Under the pieces are notes generated by a model. That model had not been told where the DNA came from. It saw only the letters and a list, made by a program, of their open reading frames with translations, and did no database searches. Shown here one piece after another: positions 60,254 through 64,000 of a DNA stretch of 64,000 nucleotides (position 1 is the first letter of the stretch; every line of letters begins with the position of its first letter). The stretch spans positions 4,340,001-4,404,000 of the forward strand of contig NC_079238.1 of NCBI RefSeq assembly GCF_027921745.1, written 5' to 3'. A program made the translations under genes and the position numbers. The DNA comes from Schizosaccharomyces osmophilus (lineage: Eukaryota).

Positions 60254-62590
60254 CTACTGGAGATTATCCTCGTTGATAGTGAGCAAACGAGATCGTGCAG
60301 GATACATTCGCTTGTACAAGGACATGGCAACCGTATCTTGAACAGTAAGTTTGCCGTTAAATGTAGCCTTGAAATATCCATGAGTACCCAATGGCTCCTT
60401 AATAAATCCAGTACGACCTTGTTTGGTAAATAGCTGGATAGGTTTAAACCACATAACATCTTCAGGGTTGAAGAACATGTAACGAATAGTGATAATCTTT
60501 TTGTTAATTTTGAATGGATGGCCGGTAAGAACAGCACGCTTAACTATTACGGCAGAAGTGTCACTCTTAAGGAAAGAACCAGTAGCAGCTAAACGTAATG
60601 AACCATCAGGCATAGGCTTGAATAGTGTTACCGGCAAACCACCGAAAACTATAGGGCCAATGAGAGTACCCAATGCAAGTACCTTAGGTTGCAAATACTT
60701 GTTATATTTTTGTAGGTTATTTGTTGCACCCGATGAAGGAGGGTCGGAATACAACGGTCTCACGTACAAGCGACGTGGTCCAACTTGTAGAATCAATTCT
60801 TCTTTAGAAGCTAGAGGATCTTCATACTCCGAGTGCTTGGTAACCGTAAAGTGGGATACGCTTGTTTTATTCTCATATGCCATCAAAGAATAAAGCACAA
60901 GCATGTTGTTAGGCTGGTTATAATAATCATAAACAGAAACAGGTACATCTCGAAGCTCTACAACAACAAGCTTTCCTGGCTTGGCTTCACCAATAAACGG
61001 CTGCTTGTAAAGCTTGTTCTTTAGGTTCCGATAGTTTTCAAGCTTGAATAATTGACGCCATTCGGGGGGCTCACTTGGATCATATTCCTCAGCATCCCAA
61101 GGACTGGAAAAGAAACTACGAAGACCACGGTATTTTTTCAAACGTTCTCTTGCTAAGTCCTTAGGATCTATCTCTAATTCATCAGGAAATTCGAGCTCCT
61201 CCTGTTGCTCTTTCATCTTTTGGCGATATTCTTCATATTGTCGGGTTTCTTCCTCTTCATTTAGTTCGACAAACATTTCAGACTTGGCATCATCATCATC
61301 ACCAGCTACGCTTTCGGCCTGCTCACTAACCGGCTGCTCTTCTTCAGGACCACCTTCATTTTCAACAAGTAATTCTGTATCTTCAACATCACTATATTGT
61401 TCTTCTTCTTCATCCACACCAGGAATCCAAGTAGCCTGATAGCTAGAAGTGCCCTTTGGGACGCGTTTAGGAACCGGCACGGGTTCTTGCTCGTCATCCA
61501 AATAGTAAAAGTCATCAAGACGGACGCCTCGTGGATGCTCAGGTTCCATTTCCATCTCCATATTAAAGTCATTTGGAGCAAGGGTCTCTATTTGCTCTTG
61601 GTTTTCAGTTGGAGCAGCAAGTTCAACTAAACCAGCCTCGTTCACATTTTTGTCTTCTTCCATTGTATCGGAAGACTTCGGTTTTGAATCAGAAGCATCA
61701 TATATGCAATTTATCTGATAATCACCGAAACCTGAAATATGAACCAAGGAATCCGGATCTAAACCTTTACCACGCACTATACCTTTAACAAAGAGCTTCC
61801 CTTCATTGTACTCAACGTCTTGAGCTAAAAGGTAGGCTCGAGAATCACGCCAAAAGATACCACGAGGATGAGAAGTGCACAGAGCACGGACAACGTTGAG
61901 AGCATCCTGTGAGACATCAGAGGCAAAAACTCGGTCTTGATCAGAGAAAAAAAAGTTCATGAAACTTTGTAAGGATTTCTTAACTTCTCCACGTGTTTTC
62001 ATATTGTCAATGATGGACATATCGTTGACAACTGAAATGACACTAGATATTCCTTGGCACTGAGTTGTTCTCACTACGAGTTCACCAAATTCATCAACTT
62101 CTTGGGTGGCAGAAAGACCAAAAACTACATAATCTGAAGCTTTGCAAGCGTCGACGAGACTATAAAAGTTCTTTCCGGGTATCAGAAAGTGCAACTTTTG
62201 TTTGAACCGAGTTATCATCGTGCAATATTGATTGGAGTTCTCTTCAATTAAAGGAAGATCAGCCTCAGGATCCACTGAAGCTAACAAGTTTTTAAGGATA
62301 CTCCACGGATCAACGTTCGAGCAAAGAGGTACAATAGTAACCACCTTTGGAGCACCATTCTTGCCGCCAAAAATCCGATTATTCATAGCAGTCTCATTTC
62401 TTTTATTCAGCTGTATTTGCTTAGCATTGTTTCGTCGATCTGCTTTAGTAGAGGTGTGTTGAATACTTTTTGGACCAGTCCTATTCGGTTCGATGTTATT
62501 ACTATAACGCTCCTTTAGAGATGACTTGGAGGCATGCTTAGATTTAAACGGCTTTTTGGGCTTGACATTTGACCTGTGATGATGGGACAT
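60254..62590 (-). CDS. tsr1: Pre-40S biogenesis factor Tsr1, 778 aa
   Basis: KPFKSKHASK, KKYRGLRSF, RYMFFNPEDV.WFKP, GFIKEPLGTHGYFKATF and LYKRMYP motifs. Confidence 0.98.
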   Translation of the reverse strand: MSHHHRSNVKPKKPFKSKHASKSSLKERYSNNIEPNRTGPKSIQHTSTKADRRNNAKQIQLNKRNETAMNNRIFGGKNGAPKVVTIVPLCSNVDPWSILKNLLASVDPEADLPLIEENSNQYCTMITRFKQKLHFLIPGKNFYSLVDACKASDYVVFGLSATQEVDEFGELVVRTTQCQGISSVISVVNDMSIIDNMKTRGEVKKSLQSFMNFFFSDQDRVFASDVSQDALNVVRALCTSHPRGIFWRDSRAYLLAQDVEYNEGKLFVKGIVRGKGLDPDSLVHISGFGDYQINCIYDASDSKPKSSDTMEEDKNVNEAGLVELAAPTENQEQIETLAPNDFNMEMEMEPEHPRGVRLDDFYYLDDEQEPVPVPKRVPKGTSSYQATWIPGVDEEEEQYSDVEDTELLVENEGGPEEEQPVSEQAESVAGDDDDAKSEMFVELNEEEETRQYEEYRQKMKEQQEELEFPDELEIDPKDLARERLKKYRGLRSFFSSPWDAEEYDPSEPPEWRQLFKLENYRNLKNKLYKQPFIGEAKPGKLVVVELRDVPVSVYDYYNQPNNMLVLYSLMAYENKTSVSHFTVTKHSEYEDPLASKEELILQVGPRRLYVRPLYSDPPSSGATNNLQKYNKYLQPKVLALGTLIGPIVFGGLPVTLFKPMPDGSLRLAATGSFLKSDTSAVIVKRAVLTGHPFKINKKIITIRYMFFNPEDVMWFKPIQLFTKQGRTGFIKEPLGTHGYFKATFNGKLTVQDTVAMSLYKRMYPARSRLLTINEDNLQ

Positions 62591-63020
62591 CTTCGATTTG
62601 TACTGTAAGTGTCAACCGAAAAGCAGGTATATTAGTTAAAAAAAAAAAGCAAATGTTGCCGATTTCAGGAAAAAAAATGCTTTATCCAAGGCAATTAACT
62701 TTTACGAGCTTCTCTATAAAATTCCAGATTTTTTACCAAAATCCCCTGGTGTCGTTTTCAGCAAAAAAATATAAAACCAAACCACTTAATTCTTTTGATT
62801 CCGATTTCTCTTTATTCAAAAATCGGTTTGCTATTGCTCAAACGAGTGTTACGCCTAAGTGGAGTTTTTGCTGAGGGCAAAGTAAAAAGTGAGATGCGCT
62901 TGGAGTTCACATCTTATTTTCATTCTTCCTTTCTTTACTTACAATAAAAATCCCATTTCAGTCTTAGTTTAGCTTTATAAATATTCATAAATATCTAATT
63001 AATAAATAATCACATGGAGA

Positions 63021-64000
63021 TTAATAGGCTTCATAGGGAAGATTCCTATGGACCAAATATTTTTTAGCACAGCCGTAGTGTACGACAGAACCACTAAATT
63101 GTTAGTTATTATAGAAAAAAAAAAATAAAGCAAAGAATACTTACTCGGGAAATATAGAAATAACGCTCTTTCCTAATCGCTTGTGGCAATGTAAACAAGT
63201 CTTTTCTCTTGTTATAACAACTTTTTCTGAACGGATGTGGGAGAGGTCTGCATTTAAATCATTAATCCTTGTTTGGTACAACTTTGATTGTAATTCTTTC
63301 TTATTTTTTTCTTCGTAGAGTTGTCGAAATTGAGAAGACAAAAATGTATGATAAGTTTTCATGCTGGTATCTTTGGGTAACAGAGGAAAAATCCTTTTCA
63401 TTTTCAAGCGAGAGCTATACTTCGTAATAAATGATATTATTCCTTCTGGTTGTTGATTTGCGAGATCTGAAAGGTACATATAATAAGGCTCAGTCTCGCC
63501 AGTGTCCATATAAATAGAATCACAATAACCATTCGCCCCTTTCCAGTCCTTCATTTTATCTAAATATACGTCCAGCGCGTCTCTATGCCTCGATAAATGT
63601 CGATAAAGGATTACCGATGCTTCAAACAAATGATGGTCATTGGGATCGATGTCGTTAAGTATTGCATTCGCATCATATCTTCTTGATTCATTCAAGTGCT
63701 GCATGAATCCTTTTAACACACTTTCAAAACTAGCTGAGAATTTTTTATCGCTGCTCTCCCTCTCTAATTCATGAATTCGACGCAAGTACAGTTGGCCAAG
63801 GCGAGTCGAAAAGGTCTCGAGATCTGTTTTCCCAGAAGCAATTAGATTCTCTAAATAAAAGATGGAAACCTCAGAAGATACGGTCTCAAGGTAATTTAAA
63901 ACTGCACCATGAGATATAGCACTACTCCCGCTTGTATCATTAAGAAATAACCGTATCGAGGCCTTAGGATCATTAATAAGAGGAGTTCTGGCATATTCAA
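63021..64000 (-). CDS. vam6: HOPS subunit Vam6/Vps39, 3' part (5' end lies beyond the window)
   Basis: Helical repeat region then C-terminal Zn module CLHCHKRLGKSVISIFPD|GSVVHYGC, completed by intron 63144-63094; stop at 63023-63021. Confidence 0.9.

Overview
Eukaryotic, gene-dense, AT-rich DNA with short GT-AG introns (CTAAY branch sites). The proteins and gene order match the S. pombe chromosome I block SPAC5D6-SPAC57A7-SPAC167-SPAC1705-SPAC23H4 as I remember it, but the sequences have diverged. I therefore infer a non-pombe Schizosaccharomyces (octosporus/cryophilus/osmophilus group; not checked by a search). I resolve 27 protein genes by hand, including intron junctions: mug165-like, rps22, rbm10, ssz1, mip1/Raptor, sec21, a PA-TM-RING E3, pzh1, a homocysteine methyltransferase, utp14, an ArAE/FUSC-like transporter, pab1, hul5, an orphan with a mitochondrial-type N-terminus, a USP-domain protein, pam17, snu66, ptb1, pga1, ire1, a 4-exon SERF microprotein gene absent from the ORF track, ecm33, rbx1, srb10, not11, tsr1 and the 3' end of vam6. 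There are also two intron-containing tRNA genes. I see no transposon, CRISPR array or foreign island. The least explained signals are RNA-level. (1) The 315-nt first intron of the SERF gene folds into a nested rod, contains a decoy donor and poison acceptor, and the gene ends in a TAGTAG acceptor where the last exon is only a stop codon. (2) A near-identical donor-capping hairpin (GGTAAGAAA..CTT(T)ACCGC) occurs in the first introns of SERF and rbx1. (3) The rps22 5'-UTR intron has two hairpins and a uORF. (4) The splicing regulator rbm10 has a weak intron with a competing poison acceptor. These are candidates for structure-controlled splicing regulation; function is inferred, not shown.
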